NCBI GenBank assembly: GCA_965249215.1
Contig: CBDFLN010000002.1
Coordinates: 305,180 to 369,179, forward strand
DNA length: 64,000 nucleotides
Source of the DNA: Dehalococcoidia bacterium
GTDB taxonomy: Bacteria > Chloroflexota > Dehalococcoidia > Lucifugimonadales > UBA3495
Direction of reading: 5' to 3'
Below, piece by piece: positions 9,911 through 18,653 of the stretch; the first letter of the stretch is position 1; each line of letters starts with the position of its first letter. The position numbers were made by a program, and so were the translations under genes. The notes below the pieces were generated by a model. The model was not told the origin of the DNA and searched no databases. It worked only from the letters and a program-made list of their open reading frames with translations.

Positions 9911-10624
9911 CTATTCAGACCGCATGTTGACGCTGGCCGGCGCCACCCGCATCAGGGCGTTTTCCGCCGCCGTCCTCTCCGCTCCGGCCTTGCTGCCCCC
10001 GCGGCCCACCCCCAGCACCTCGTCGTCGACCACAACCTCCACTGTGAACACCGGCCCATGGTCCGGGCCGTCACATGACAATAAACGGTATTGCGGGGCC
10101 GGCCTCCCCTGCCCCTGCACGAATTCCTGCAGGCTGGACTTGGCGTTCTCTCTGGGGATGTTTCCGCCCAGGAACCCTTGCAGTTCTTGGGCCATGGTCT
10201 TCAGGATAAACTGTTGCGCCCCTGCATATCCCCGGTCCAGGTACACCGCCGCCACCACGGCTTCGAAGACGGCCGCTAGGGTCGATTCACGGTCACGGCC
10301 CCCGGTGGCCTCCTCGCCCTTGCCCAGCTTCAAGAACTCCCCGAGAAGGCACCGCTTCGCAACCCGGGCCAGCGTCTCTCCCCGCACCAGGTCCGAACGT
10401 CCCTTGGTAAGCTCTCCTTCGCTCAGGTCGGGGCGGCGCCGGTACAATTCCTCAGAAACGACCAACTCCAGCACCGCGTCGCCCAAGTACTCCAGCCGCT
10501 CGTAAGATGAAGAGAGCGGCCATCCCTGCTCGTTGGCGTAGGACCCATGCACCAAGGCCTGATCCAGCAGTCGCCGGTCCTTGAACTCCAGGCCCAGGGC
10601 TGCTTGCAGGTTGCCGCTCTCCAA
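9911..10624 (-). CDS. rnc: Ribonuclease III
   Basis: RNase III signature ERLEYLGDAVLELVVSE plus a C-terminal dsRNA-binding domain. Confidence 0.95.
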   Translation of the reverse strand: MESGNLQAALGLEFKDRRLLDQALVHGSYANEQGWPLSSSYERLEYLGDAVLELVVSEELYRRRPDLSEGELTKGRSDLVRGETLARVAKRCLLGEFLKLGKGEEATGGRDRESTLAAVFEAVVAAVYLDRGYAGAQQFILKTMAQELQGFLGGNIPRENAKSSLQEFVQGQGRPAPQYRLLSCDGPDHGPVFTVEVVVDDEVLGVGRGGSKAGAERTAAENALMRVAPASVNMRSE

Positions 10625-10632
10625 GGGTTCTC

Positions 10633-11265
10633 CTAGATTATGCCGTGGGGCCAGGGCGGCTGCGGCCGCTTCAGTTCGCCCATGTAAGCGAACTCGCTCA
10701 TTGCTTTGGACAGCGTCTCGTACATCTCAGCCGCTTGCTCGTCGGGAGGAACAAACACTTTCAGGAAGGCCGCTTGGCCGCCCGGAAAGACGAAGGTCGG
10801 CACCCCGAAGGCCCCGTACTCGTCCACGGCTTTGGTGTGGCTTTCTCCAATTTGCCTTACCAAGTCGGGGTCCGCCAGGTCTTCCCTGAAGCGGGCCAGG
10901 TCAAGCCCGGAGCTGGCCGCGGCTTGGAGAATTACCGCCTCGTCGTCCAAGTCGGCCCTGTCTTCGTGCCGCGCCCGGAGCAAAGTCATGAAGAAGGACT
11001 TGAAGGCCTCTTTGCCCTGTCGCTTAGCCGCCAAGCCGGCCTGGTGAGCCAGCAACGTGGGGTCCGAACCGTCCAAGATTTCCGGCTGTTCCCAAATCTT
11101 GAAGCCTTCTTCCCGATCGCTGTTGGCCTGGTTCAGACTAAAAGGCTGCCAGTCGATGTCCACCGGCTTTCCGGTCATCTCTTCTACTTTTGCCAGCCAC
11201 ACGGCGGCATTGTAGACGAAGGGTCAACGAAAGTCGTAGTAAGTGGTTACTTCTGGTTCAGACAT
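10633..11265 (-). CDS. DsbA-like / 2-hydroxychromene-2-carboxylate isomerase (kappa-GST) family thioredoxin-fold protein with an in-frame TGA (candidate selenocysteine)
   Basis: The ORF track starts at GTG 11202. The same frame continues upstream through TGA 11224-11226 to ATG 11263-11265, which is preceded by AGGAGGGG. The N-terminus reads MSEPEVTTYYDFR-[TGA]-PFVYNAAVW, and the TGA aligns with the catalytic S/C of the FDFxS/CPxxY motif. Confidence 0.7.
11184..11215 (-). promoter_or_regulatory. Stem-loop downstream of the in-frame UGA (bacterial SECIS-like)
   Basis: The mRNA reads CUAC-AAU-GCCGCC-GUGU-GGC(U)GGC-AAAA-GUAG. This gives a 6-bp GC stem with one bulged U, a GUGU apical loop starting 21 nt after the UGA, and a 4-bp lower stem. 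Confidence 0.45.
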
Positions 11266-11386
11266 CTTAGCCCCTCCTGGTCTTCGTCGTGACTAGATTC
11301 TATCCATAGCCGCTATTGTTGTCAAAAACCGTGGTTCTCCTACAACCCACCGGGGGGCAGTCCGAGCCTGATTCAGGGGCCTCGTA

Positions 11387-11395
11387 TGCTATAAT
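11387..11395 (+). promoter_or_regulatory. Possible extended -10 promoter element (TGcTATAAT) upstream of cca
   Basis: Exact TATAAT at 11390-11395 with TG at 11387-11388. There is no good -35. Sequence match only. Confidence 0.3.
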
Positions 11396-11446
11396 AGCCG
11401 CCACAGGAGGCCCTCCACGCCGCAGCTTCAGCACATCTCTTCCCCT

Positions 11447-12709
11447 TTGAGCGCACTGAAAAGTAGCCTGGATGGCGAACAAATGTCCGTCCTGCGTCAC
11501 GTGCGCCGAAGAGCTTTGTCCGGCCCCCCGTCAATTTACCTCGTGGGCGGCCCTGTCCGCGACGTTTTCCTGGGCAGGCCCGTCGCCGACTTGGACTTTG
11601 TCGTCGAGGGCGACGGTCCCCAGTTGGCCGGGGAGTTGGCTGCCGAGCTAGGTGGTCGGGTCGTTGTCCACGCCAGGTTCGGCACCGCCTCGGTAGCGTT
11701 GGAAGGCATGCGCGTCGACGTGGTCACCGCCCGGCGGGAGACCTACACGCGGCCCGCAGCGTTGCCGGACGTGACCGCGGGCAGCATCGCCGACGACCTC
11801 CACCGCCGCGACTTCTCCATCAACGCCCTTGCCTTGCCCCTGGCAGACAGCCGGCCGCAAGTGCTCGACCTCCACCGCGGCGTCGAGGACATGAGCAGCG
11901 GCCTCATTCGCTCTCTCAAAGCCAACAGCTTTGTGGACGATCCAACCCGTATTTTTCGCGCCGTTCGCTACCAACAACGCCTTGGCTTCAGCATAGAGGA
12001 AGAAACCCTCGGCCAACTCCAGGGCGCCGTTGCCCAGGGACACATAGCGTCTTTGACCCCCGACCGCGTCCGGCACGAGTTAGAGCGGATGCTCCAGGAA
12101 GACCAACCCAGCCAGCCCTTACAAAGGCTTGCCGCCCTGGGAGTCCTGGCAGCGATACACCCGTCCTTGGCGGGCCCCCAAGTCGAGGCCCACCTGGCCG
12201 CTGTGGCCGCCCCAGACTCCGGTCGAGAAGACCGACCAGACCCACTGGTCTACTTGTCGGCGTTGGCCTACTCTCTGTCCACGGGCCAAGGCGAGGCCGT
12301 CATCCACCGCCTGAACATGCCCGCCCATTGGGCACAGGTGGTCCGGGACACCGTGCACGTCAGGGGACTTGAGAGCACCCTTGCCGGGCCCTCGTTGGCC
12401 CCCGCCGCCGTGGCCCGGCTGTTGGACGGCTTTAGCGCCGAAGCCTTGTGGGCCGTCTCCAGGCTTGCCGACTCGCCTGCGGCGGCACAACGCCTTACCG
12501 GCTATCTTAACGAACTACGCGGCGCGGCCCCGGCCCTGGACGGAAGCGACCTGCTGGCCATGGGCGTGCCCCAAGGTCCGTTGGTCGGCCGGCTGCTGCG
12601 GGAACTCCGGGACGCCAAGCTTGACGGCCGCGTGTCCACTAAACTCCAGGAACGCCGCTTGGTCCAGTCGGCGCTTACTCGCGAGGGGAGTCCAAACGGG
12701 CATGGATGA
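11447..12709 (+). CDS. cca: CCA-adding tRNA nucleotidyltransferase / poly(A) polymerase family protein
   Basis: LVGGPVRDVFLG..DLDFVV and RDFSINAL motifs. The true start may be ATG 11483 (MSVLRHV..). Confidence 0.85.
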   Translation: MSALKSSLDGEQMSVLRHVRRRALSGPPSIYLVGGPVRDVFLGRPVADLDFVVEGDGPQLAGELAAELGGRVVVHARFGTASVALEGMRVDVVTARRETYTRPAALPDVTAGSIADDLHRRDFSINALALPLADSRPQVLDLHRGVEDMSSGLIRSLKANSFVDDPTRIFRAVRYQQRLGFSIEEETLGQLQGAVAQGHIASLTPDRVRHELERMLQEDQPSQPLQRLAALGVLAAIHPSLAGPQVEAHLAAVAAPDSGREDRPDPLVYLSALAYSLSTGQGEAVIHRLNMPAHWAQVVRDTVHVRGLESTLAGPSLAPAAVARLLDGFSAEALWAVSRLADSPAAAQRLTGYLNELRGAAPALDGSDLLAMGVPQGPLVGRLLRELRDAKLDGRVSTKLQERRLVQSALTREGSPNGHG

Positions 12710-12914
12710 AGAAAACGAGCAAGAGACCTGCGTAATCTGTGGTGAACTGTTGGACGGCGTCCACCAGACCTCTTGCCAGATGTGCGGGGGCAGGTTTCAT
12801 CAACCCTGGAGCAAGGACAGCGACATTCCAGAGTGCGGCCGCATCGGCAGCCACGAAGAGGCCCTGGCCATTGTCTTCTTGTGTGACGACTGCTACTACG
12901 GGCGCAGGCCCTAG
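12702..12914 (+). CDS. Small Cys-rich (zinc-ribbon-like) protein
   Basis: 70-aa ORF MDEENEQETCVICG..CQMCGG..CDDCYY. Its ATG overlaps the cca stop (ATGGATGA). Confidence 0.45.
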   Translation: MDEENEQETCVICGELLDGVHQTSCQMCGGRFHQPWSKDSDIPECGRIGSHEEALAIVFLCDDCYYGRRP

Positions 12915-12934
12915 CGTAGGCCAAGGCGGGCGAG

Positions 12935-13972
12935 GTGCAAGCTGTCTACATAGAGTCCCACGGCGGCCCCGAGGTCTTGACCTATGGTCAACGGCCGGAA
13001 CCCGAGATGCAGCCTCACCAGGTCAAGGTCCGGGTTCGCGCCGCGGGCCTGAACCGCTTGGACCTATACACACGGGAAGGGGGCCGCGGCCTGCGCCGGG
13101 ACTTCCCGCCGCCGCTGATTCTCGGGGGCGACTGCGCCGGCGATGTCGTAGACGCCGGTAGCCAAGCCGGGCCCTTCCAGGCTGGAGACCGGGTGCTGGT
13201 TAACCCCAGGTTGACCTGCCAGCAATGTCCCAGCTGTCTCTCGGGCCGGGACGACCTTTGCCCCAAGTCTGAGTTCATGGGGACCGCGATTGACGGCAGC
13301 TACGCCGAGATGGTCGCCGTTCCCGCGGCCAACCTCCACGCCATCGACGACAATGTTTCTTATCTTCAGGCCGCCGCCGTCCCCACCACGTTCCTGCCCG
13401 TCTGGAATCTACTCATCCGGCGCATGGAGCTTAAGCCCTGGGAAACCGTGCTGGTCCTGTCCGCCTCCGCCGGGGTAGGCGCCGCCGCCATCCAGGTGGC
13501 CAAGAACGTGGTCGGGGCCACCGTAATTGCCACAACCAGCACGCCCAATAAGGCCGCCAAAGCCATCGACTCGGGCGCCGATGCCGTCATCAACTACAAC
13601 GAAGAGGACATTACCGAGCGGGCCCGCTCTTTGACCGGCGGCCTGGGGGTAGACGTCGTGGTCGACCACGTGGGGGCTGACTTCTTCCCCAAGGCCTTTA
13701 GCGCCCTGCGCCCCGGCGGCCGCTACGGCATCTGCGGCGCCACCACCGGCCTGCGTACCGAGTTGCACCTTGGCCTGCTCTTCAGTCAGCAAAAGCAGAT
13801 TTACGGCGCTTTCATGGGCACCAAAGAAGACATGAGGCAGATTACTGCCGTCCTCAACCTGGGCGCGATACTTCCGGCCATCGACCGCACCTTCCCCCTG
13901 GCCCAGGCCGCCGACGCCCACCGGACTATGGAGCAGACCAACTTCTTCGGCAAGCTGCTCCTTACCGTTTAG
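12935..13972 (+). CDS. Zinc-type alcohol dehydrogenase / NADPH:quinone oxidoreductase (MDR superfamily)
   Basis: 345 aa. It has the GroES-like N-terminal region and the nucleotide-binding motif VLVLSASAGVGAAAIQVAK. Confidence 0.9.
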   Translation: MQAVYIESHGGPEVLTYGQRPEPEMQPHQVKVRVRAAGLNRLDLYTREGGRGLRRDFPPPLILGGDCAGDVVDAGSQAGPFQAGDRVLVNPRLTCQQCPSCLSGRDDLCPKSEFMGTAIDGSYAEMVAVPAANLHAIDDNVSYLQAAAVPTTFLPVWNLLIRRMELKPWETVLVLSASAGVGAAAIQVAKNVVGATVIATTSTPNKAAKAIDSGADAVINYNEEDITERARSLTGGLGVDVVVDHVGADFFPKAFSALRPGGRYGICGATTGLRTELHLGLLFSQQKQIYGAFMGTKEDMRQITAVLNLGAILPAIDRTFPLAQAADAHRTMEQTNFFGKLLLTV

Positions 13973-14852
13973 AAGGCTGCCTAGACGTCTGCTTTGACGT
14001 CTGGCGCTCCAACCGCCGGCCGTGGAACAGGTACTGCTGGGCGTATCCCCCGTACCGGCCGAAGTGCTCCTGGGCCCACTCCAGCAATACCCTGTCCGGT
14101 GGCGTCTTCTGGCCCGGAAAGTACCACTCCCCCAGCGCCCGCCGTATCCATACGTCTATGGGAAACGCCTCCAGCTTCTCCAGGGAGAACACCGCGATGC
14201 AATCTGCTATCTTGGAGCCTATCCCCGGACACTCCATTAGCCTGGCCTTGGCCTCCGGATAAGGAATCCCCACCAGTTTCGCCAGGTCCAACGCTCCCTC
14301 AGCCACCATGCAGGCTGCCTTGTCAACGTAGGGGGCTCGGAAGCCCAGGCCCAGCCGCCGGAGTTCCATCTCGCCGGCCCCGGCAAGCCGCGGCGGTGTG
14401 GGGAATGTGTGCCTCGTATGGCCGTCCAACTCAATGGGATTCCCGTAAGCCTCCGACATCCGTTCCACCACCAGGTGGATGCGGGGGATGTTGGAGTTGG
14501 CCGAGCAGATGAAGCTGACCAGGCACTCCCACGGGTCGATTCTGAGCAGCCGCAGGCCGGGGTAACGGTCGATCATGGCCGCGACGCGGGGGTCCCGGCC
14601 AATCTCGGCGTATATCTCTCTGATGTCGTCGTCCAGCCGGAGGTAGCTGTGCAGCAGGGGAGCTACCTGAGTCTCGGGCCCGGGCCGGCTGTGGAACTCG
14701 AGGCCCCCGCCCGCCTGACGAACCTTGACCAGGTTGCCCCCGACCACGCCGAAATACCAGCCGTCCTCGCGCCGCCAACGGTGGGACTGGCCGCTCTCCA
14801 GGCTTGCAGCCAGGTCTAAAGGTTGTTCAACTACCACCAACGCCGCATCCAC
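13962..14852 (-). CDS. ogg: 8-oxoguanine DNA glycosylase / HhH-GPD base-excision repair glycosylase
   Basis: N-terminal SGQSHRWRR and the HhH-GPD region CPGIGSKIADCIAVFSL. Confidence 0.8.
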   Translation of the reverse strand: MDAALVVVEQPLDLAASLESGQSHRWRREDGWYFGVVGGNLVKVRQAGGGLEFHSRPGPETQVAPLLHSYLRLDDDIREIYAEIGRDPRVAAMIDRYPGLRLLRIDPWECLVSFICSANSNIPRIHLVVERMSEAYGNPIELDGHTRHTFPTPPRLAGAGEMELRRLGLGFRAPYVDKAACMVAEGALDLAKLVGIPYPEAKARLMECPGIGSKIADCIAVFSLEKLEAFPIDVWIRRALGEWYFPGQKTPPDRVLLEWAQEHFGRYGGYAQQYLFHGRRLERQTSKQTSRQPSKR

Positions 14853-15041
14853 GCCTATTATAGCCCAAGTAACGGGTTATGTATGGGTAGGAGTATGGAC
14901 ACTGTATCTCTCTTGGATGCTTGGACCCAGCAACGGCATGATACCACTGCGGAGGGCAACAGTGACTCGAACAAATAGGAGGCAGGGCTGATCCTTCTCT
15001 GCACTACCGCCCACCAATCCCCTAGTTCGATCCCCATCGCT

Positions 15042-15107
15042 CCCCCCCCCCCCCCCGGCCAGCATAGGTTCGCTGAGACCTATGATTTCAACGCGGGGGG
15101 GGGGGGG
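15042..15107. repeat. C15 ... G13 homopolymer inverted repeat enclosing a 7-bp hairpin
   Basis: C15 at 15042-15056 and G13 at 15095-15107. The inner palindrome is cataggt (15063-15069) / acctatg (15078-15084). Confidence 0.9.
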
Positions 15108-15194
15108 CAACTACTTGACAAAAGTTAAGTACCTGCCAAAACTTTACGTAACGTCATAAGAGGTCATTACAAACAGTGAGAGCGGAGGCTAATC

Positions 15195-15410
15195 ATGGAG
15201 GACAGCCTGGAGCGTATGTACAGCATCGACCAGGTAGTGGAGATCACGGGCCTCAGTCGCCCGTCGATATACCGCTTACTGAAGGACCCGGTTACTCCAT
15301 TTCCGCGCCCCTGCCTTGCAGGACGCCGAGCCTCACGTTGGTTCGAGAGCGAGTTGAAGGCTTGGCAAGAGAAGAAGCGCGCGGACCGGGATGCGGGTGT
15401 TGACAGCTAA
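15195..15410 (+). CDS. AlpA/excisionase-family helix-turn-helix protein
   Basis: 71 aa. YSIDQVVEITGLSRPSIYRLLK...RWFESELKAW matches the AlpA/Xis pattern. GGAGG RBS is present, and a perfect TTGACA lies at 15115-15120. Confidence 0.8.
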   Translation: MEDSLERMYSIDQVVEITGLSRPSIYRLLKDPVTPFPRPCLAGRRASRWFESELKAWQEKKRADRDAGVDS

Positions 15411-15466
15411 GAGAAACGTCGAGACAAAAGGCGGCGCCCGGTCGCACCCGGACGCCGCAAGAGCAT

Positions 15467-17908
15467 TTGACCCCCCGTTCCATTCGAGGATTCGCTATGC
15501 CCAGTACCTATTGTAGCACCGGGCCGGAATCCGCGCGGATCGGCGCTGCGCCCGACGCGCAGGTCGGCGCTGTGCCCCCTCCCGACTTTTCCGGCATCGC
15601 CGTTACCCGGTACGCGAACGCGTACGACAATCAGGGACAGCCATCGAATCTCCAAGCAATTCTCGATGAGATCAGGTCCAGCGCTCTCAAAAAAACCGTC
15701 GAATGGTTGCGGACCCTAAACAAGCCGGAGTACGACCGGGCCAAGCCACAGCTCCCCGCCGTCACTTTCTCCGGCAAGTTTGAACGCCGGGCTATTGCTG
15801 GCTTAATTGAGCACTCCCGTATTGTAGTCCTAGACTTGGACCACCTGGACGATCCCGAAGCACTGAAAGCCCAGCTTGCCGCCAATCCAGCCGTTCTTTC
15901 AGTCTTTACGTCTCCCAGCGGCACCGGCCTCAAAATCTTAATCGCCTGCACTGCGCCGGAAAACGTCAAGAACCCGAACGCAAAATGGTGGGGACGCAAA
16001 CACCTGGATTTTTGGCAATCTGCCATCTTGACGCTGCCCGCCGAGTTGCAAAAGACCGTTGACCCGTCCGGCAAGGATGTATCCCGGTTATGTTTCCTCT
16101 CCTGGGACCCGCACCCCTATATCATCCCGGAGGAACAACGACCTACTCCGATTCTCCCCACGTCTCAGGCCAGGGTAGATACGCCCGATACACCAGACCT
16201 AGCGACGGCCACAGATGCCGACAAAGCCAAAGATGCACTTGGCTATCTGGCCCAGAAGAAAGTGGCCGAGGACGATTCCCATTTTCTAGCCGTCGCCAAC
16301 TGCCTTAAAGCCATGGGGCATCGCTTCGCCGAATTCGACTCTTGGGCAGCCCAGGCCGGGTGCTCCTGCACCGACCGGCAGCAACGCTGGGAGTCCCTCA
16401 GTCCAGCCGATCATGATTACAGCGCAATCATCGGGCTAGCGTGGAACATGGATTGGCGGCTGGCGCAGTCCACTGATGACATCCTCCGCGATGCCTTGGG
16501 AGACGAATGCCAAGACATGCAGGAAGACGCAAACCATCAGACGAGAGGCAAGAGGCCGAAGGAAAAAACGCATTCGATGTTCAATTCGGACCAGCCGCGG
16601 GACGGCATTTCCGGGCATTGGGTAGTCGAAACCTGCGGCGACTCGCTTCGGTCCTACTTGGACACCTTCGCGGTAAAAACCCCCGCCGGGTTGTGGGTTC
16701 CATATCAAAGCCGCGCCCTTGATAGCAAATCGGCACTCGGCAGCGTTATCCAAAGTCGCGGTGCCGAAACGGGCTGCCCCGTGGAAGCGCAGCCCTGGCT
16801 GACACCGAAAGTCTATGCCGGCATCATCGAGCAAGTTCACATCGCCAAGCGCGACGGCAAGTTCAAAGAATTGGACCCGCTAGAGATGGCTCAAATGCCC
16901 ATCGTCCCATATTCCGATGGCTCTCATCAACACCTCGACCGACCAGACCTGGCCGCTGCCTGCCGGTGCGATCTAAATGGGATTGGGTGGTTAGACTTGG
17001 GGTGGCGCATCCCGCCCGTTGATTGGGAGCTGCTCGATAAGCCGCCCACTCTATTCGAGCAGTTTCCCGAAGGGGTGTTCCGATTACTGGCTCGGTACTT
17101 GCATGGCCCACAGAAAGCGCAAGACATCGTGCGCGCCGTAGTAGCGGATGCGGGCAAGCCAGCACTCGCCTTAGCCCTGTGTCAAGCCCTCCCGGGGGCA
17201 GCAGTCCATATAGATGCAGCCACTCACTTTGAGCCAGGGCGCAGCCGCTTCACCCCAGGACTCATCCCCCTGACCGAAGCTCGGATCGTCGTCTACGACG
17301 AAATGGGCCGCAGTGAGGCATCCTTAACCCGCTCGATTTTCTCCATGTCTGACCCCTATGTTCCCATCGAAAAGAAGGGCAGGGACATGGCACGTGCTCC
17401 ACGCATTGGCTCTGGCCTATTCATCGGGCACAGTTTCCCCGACGTCGACTTGTCCGAACAGGGAACCGACCAGCGCGTCGGGGCGGTTTGGGACTTCCCC
17501 TCATTGCAAGCTATATCCGCCGATATGCGGGACCTCTGGCTCACCGCCAAACAGACCGCACGTCTTCGAGCTTGGATCATATGGCTTGCTATGCAAACCT
17601 GGGGAACCCGGAACGCTAAACCCTGGCTCACCCCGGAACGGAGCGAGTTGCTCAAAACCGAGTTCATCCCCCAGGCGGTTACGGTGCTGCGCGAGACCTT
17701 CCAGCATCGAAGTCCTGACGAACTGATCCCGTCCAAGGAAATTGACCAGGCATTTAAAGACGCTGGTGTGGCTGTACCCAAAACCAAGGCTAAGTCGAAA
17801 GTTGTTCAGCAGGCTTGGCCGAAAGCACAGAACAGCAGCGACGGCACGACAAGGGGGTGGAAAGGGATCGGCAATGCGGAGACGATAGAGGGGATAAGTA
17901 GATTGTGA
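15467..17908 (+). CDS. Primase-like replication protein (BT4734/VirE_N-type N-terminal domain plus PriCT-2-like domain)
   Basis: VVLDLDHLDD and SPSGTGLKILIAC resemble the BT4734-type primase core. FLAVANCLKAMGHRFAEFDSWA resembles PriCT. The start is uncertain (ATG 15497 is possible). Confidence 0.7.
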   Translation: MTPRSIRGFAMPSTYCSTGPESARIGAAPDAQVGAVPPPDFSGIAVTRYANAYDNQGQPSNLQAILDEIRSSALKKTVEWLRTLNKPEYDRAKPQLPAVTFSGKFERRAIAGLIEHSRIVVLDLDHLDDPEALKAQLAANPAVLSVFTSPSGTGLKILIACTAPENVKNPNAKWWGRKHLDFWQSAILTLPAELQKTVDPSGKDVSRLCFLSWDPHPYIIPEEQRPTPILPTSQARVDTPDTPDLATATDADKAKDALGYLAQKKVAEDDSHFLAVANCLKAMGHRFAEFDSWAAQAGCSCTDRQQRWESLSPADHDYSAIIGLAWNMDWRLAQSTDDILRDALGDECQDMQEDANHQTRGKRPKEKTHSMFNSDQPRDGISGHWVVETCGDSLRSYLDTFAVKTPAGLWVPYQSRALDSKSALGSVIQSRGAETGCPVEAQPWLTPKVYAGIIEQVHIAKRDGKFKELDPLEMAQMPIVPYSDGSHQHLDRPDLAAACRCDLNGIGWLDLGWRIPPVDWELLDKPPTLFEQFPEGVFRLLARYLHGPQKAQDIVRAVVADAGKPALALALCQALPGAAVHIDAATHFEPGRSRFTPGLIPLTEARIVVYDEMGRSEASLTRSIFSMSDPYVPIEKKGRDMARAPRIGSGLFIGHSFPDVDLSEQGTDQRVGAVWDFPSLQAISADMRDLWLTAKQTARLRAWIIWLAMQTWGTRNAKPWLTPERSELLKTEFIPQAVTVLRETFQHRSPDELIPSKEIDQAFKDAGVAVPKTKAKSKVVQQAWPKAQNSSDGTTRGWKGIGNAETIEGISRL

Positions 17909-17920
17909 ACATGCTCCAGT

Positions 17921-18077
17921 ATTACGTCAATTACGTCAATTGCGGAGGTTTATGCCTAATACCATTCCAACTCCGTAGATTCCTACGGAGTTCTGACGGA
18001 GTTGGAGTTAATTCCGTAGTGCCTAGCTCTAGCTATAAATCGCCTGTTGGCTACGGAATTGACGGAGTTGACGGAAT
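17921..18077. repeat. Iteron-like repeat cluster (candidate origin or protein-binding array)
   Basis: attacgtca occurs twice in tandem (17921-17938). There are at least 7 copies of ACGGA(G/A)TT in both orientations, including the palindrome aactccgtag-attc-ctacggagtt (17969-17992). Confidence 0.8.
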
Positions 18078-18608
18078 ACTGGCCAGGGCAGCTCCGGGAT
18101 CACTGCTGGATCGACACGGGGCGGCGGTCCAAAGGGCTGAATCCGGGCGACCGAATCCGGTTCAAGGCGGTGCTAGTCCGCTACTCAACAATCCACCCTG
18201 AAAGCGGGTTACGGGAACAAGCCGTTAGGCCCGGTATCCCCAGGCGGTTGACGTAGCTTTCACGGGTTCTGCGATAGGATAAACGGATGGGATCACAAGC
18301 TATAATGGTGTTCCAGGCTTTCGCAGCGTTGAAGGCCATACTCCGACTCGAGATCCAGGGCTTTGAATCAGCCCCGGACCGCTGGGGCGTAGTCGTTCAT
18401 CGTCCCCCTCACTCGCCTGGTATACCGGCCATCGCCAGGTTGATATTCCTCTGGTTCCAGCATACCGACGCCGTGAGAGCGGTCGCCTCGGTTAGCTGGC
18501 AATTGTGGGGAAGGGTTGGCAGTTTATCCCCGCCTAGAACCGTGGCCCCTTGCCCCAATCTCGCTGAAATAGGCGAGAACCTGACTGAGTTAGTCGCGTC
18601 TTCAAATC

Positions 18609-18640
18609 CCGGCCCCGCGAGAGGCCGGAATTTTCTATTG
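18609..18640 (+). terminator. Possible intrinsic terminator hairpin
   Basis: ccggcc-ccgcgaga-ggccgg followed by aattttctatt. Confidence 0.35.
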
Positions 18641-18653
18641 GCCTGGGGGACCC

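Noticed and set aside
9069-10505. 478-aa plus-strand ORF
   Set aside because: It lies opposite the well-supported ftsY and rnc genes, and its translation is low-complexity R/P/G-rich.
15021-15045. tRNA T-arm-like string agTTCGATCcc near the island edge
   Set aside because: The flanking bases cannot form a 5-bp T stem or an acceptor stem on either strand, so no tRNA can be folded.
18601-18620. TTCAAATCCCGGCCCCGCGA resembling a tRNA 3' end (possible att remnant)
   Set aside because: The upstream sequence lacks the complementary T-stem and acceptor strands. The segment is better explained as a ccggcc/ggccgg hairpin followed by a U-rich tail, which makes it a terminator-like structure.
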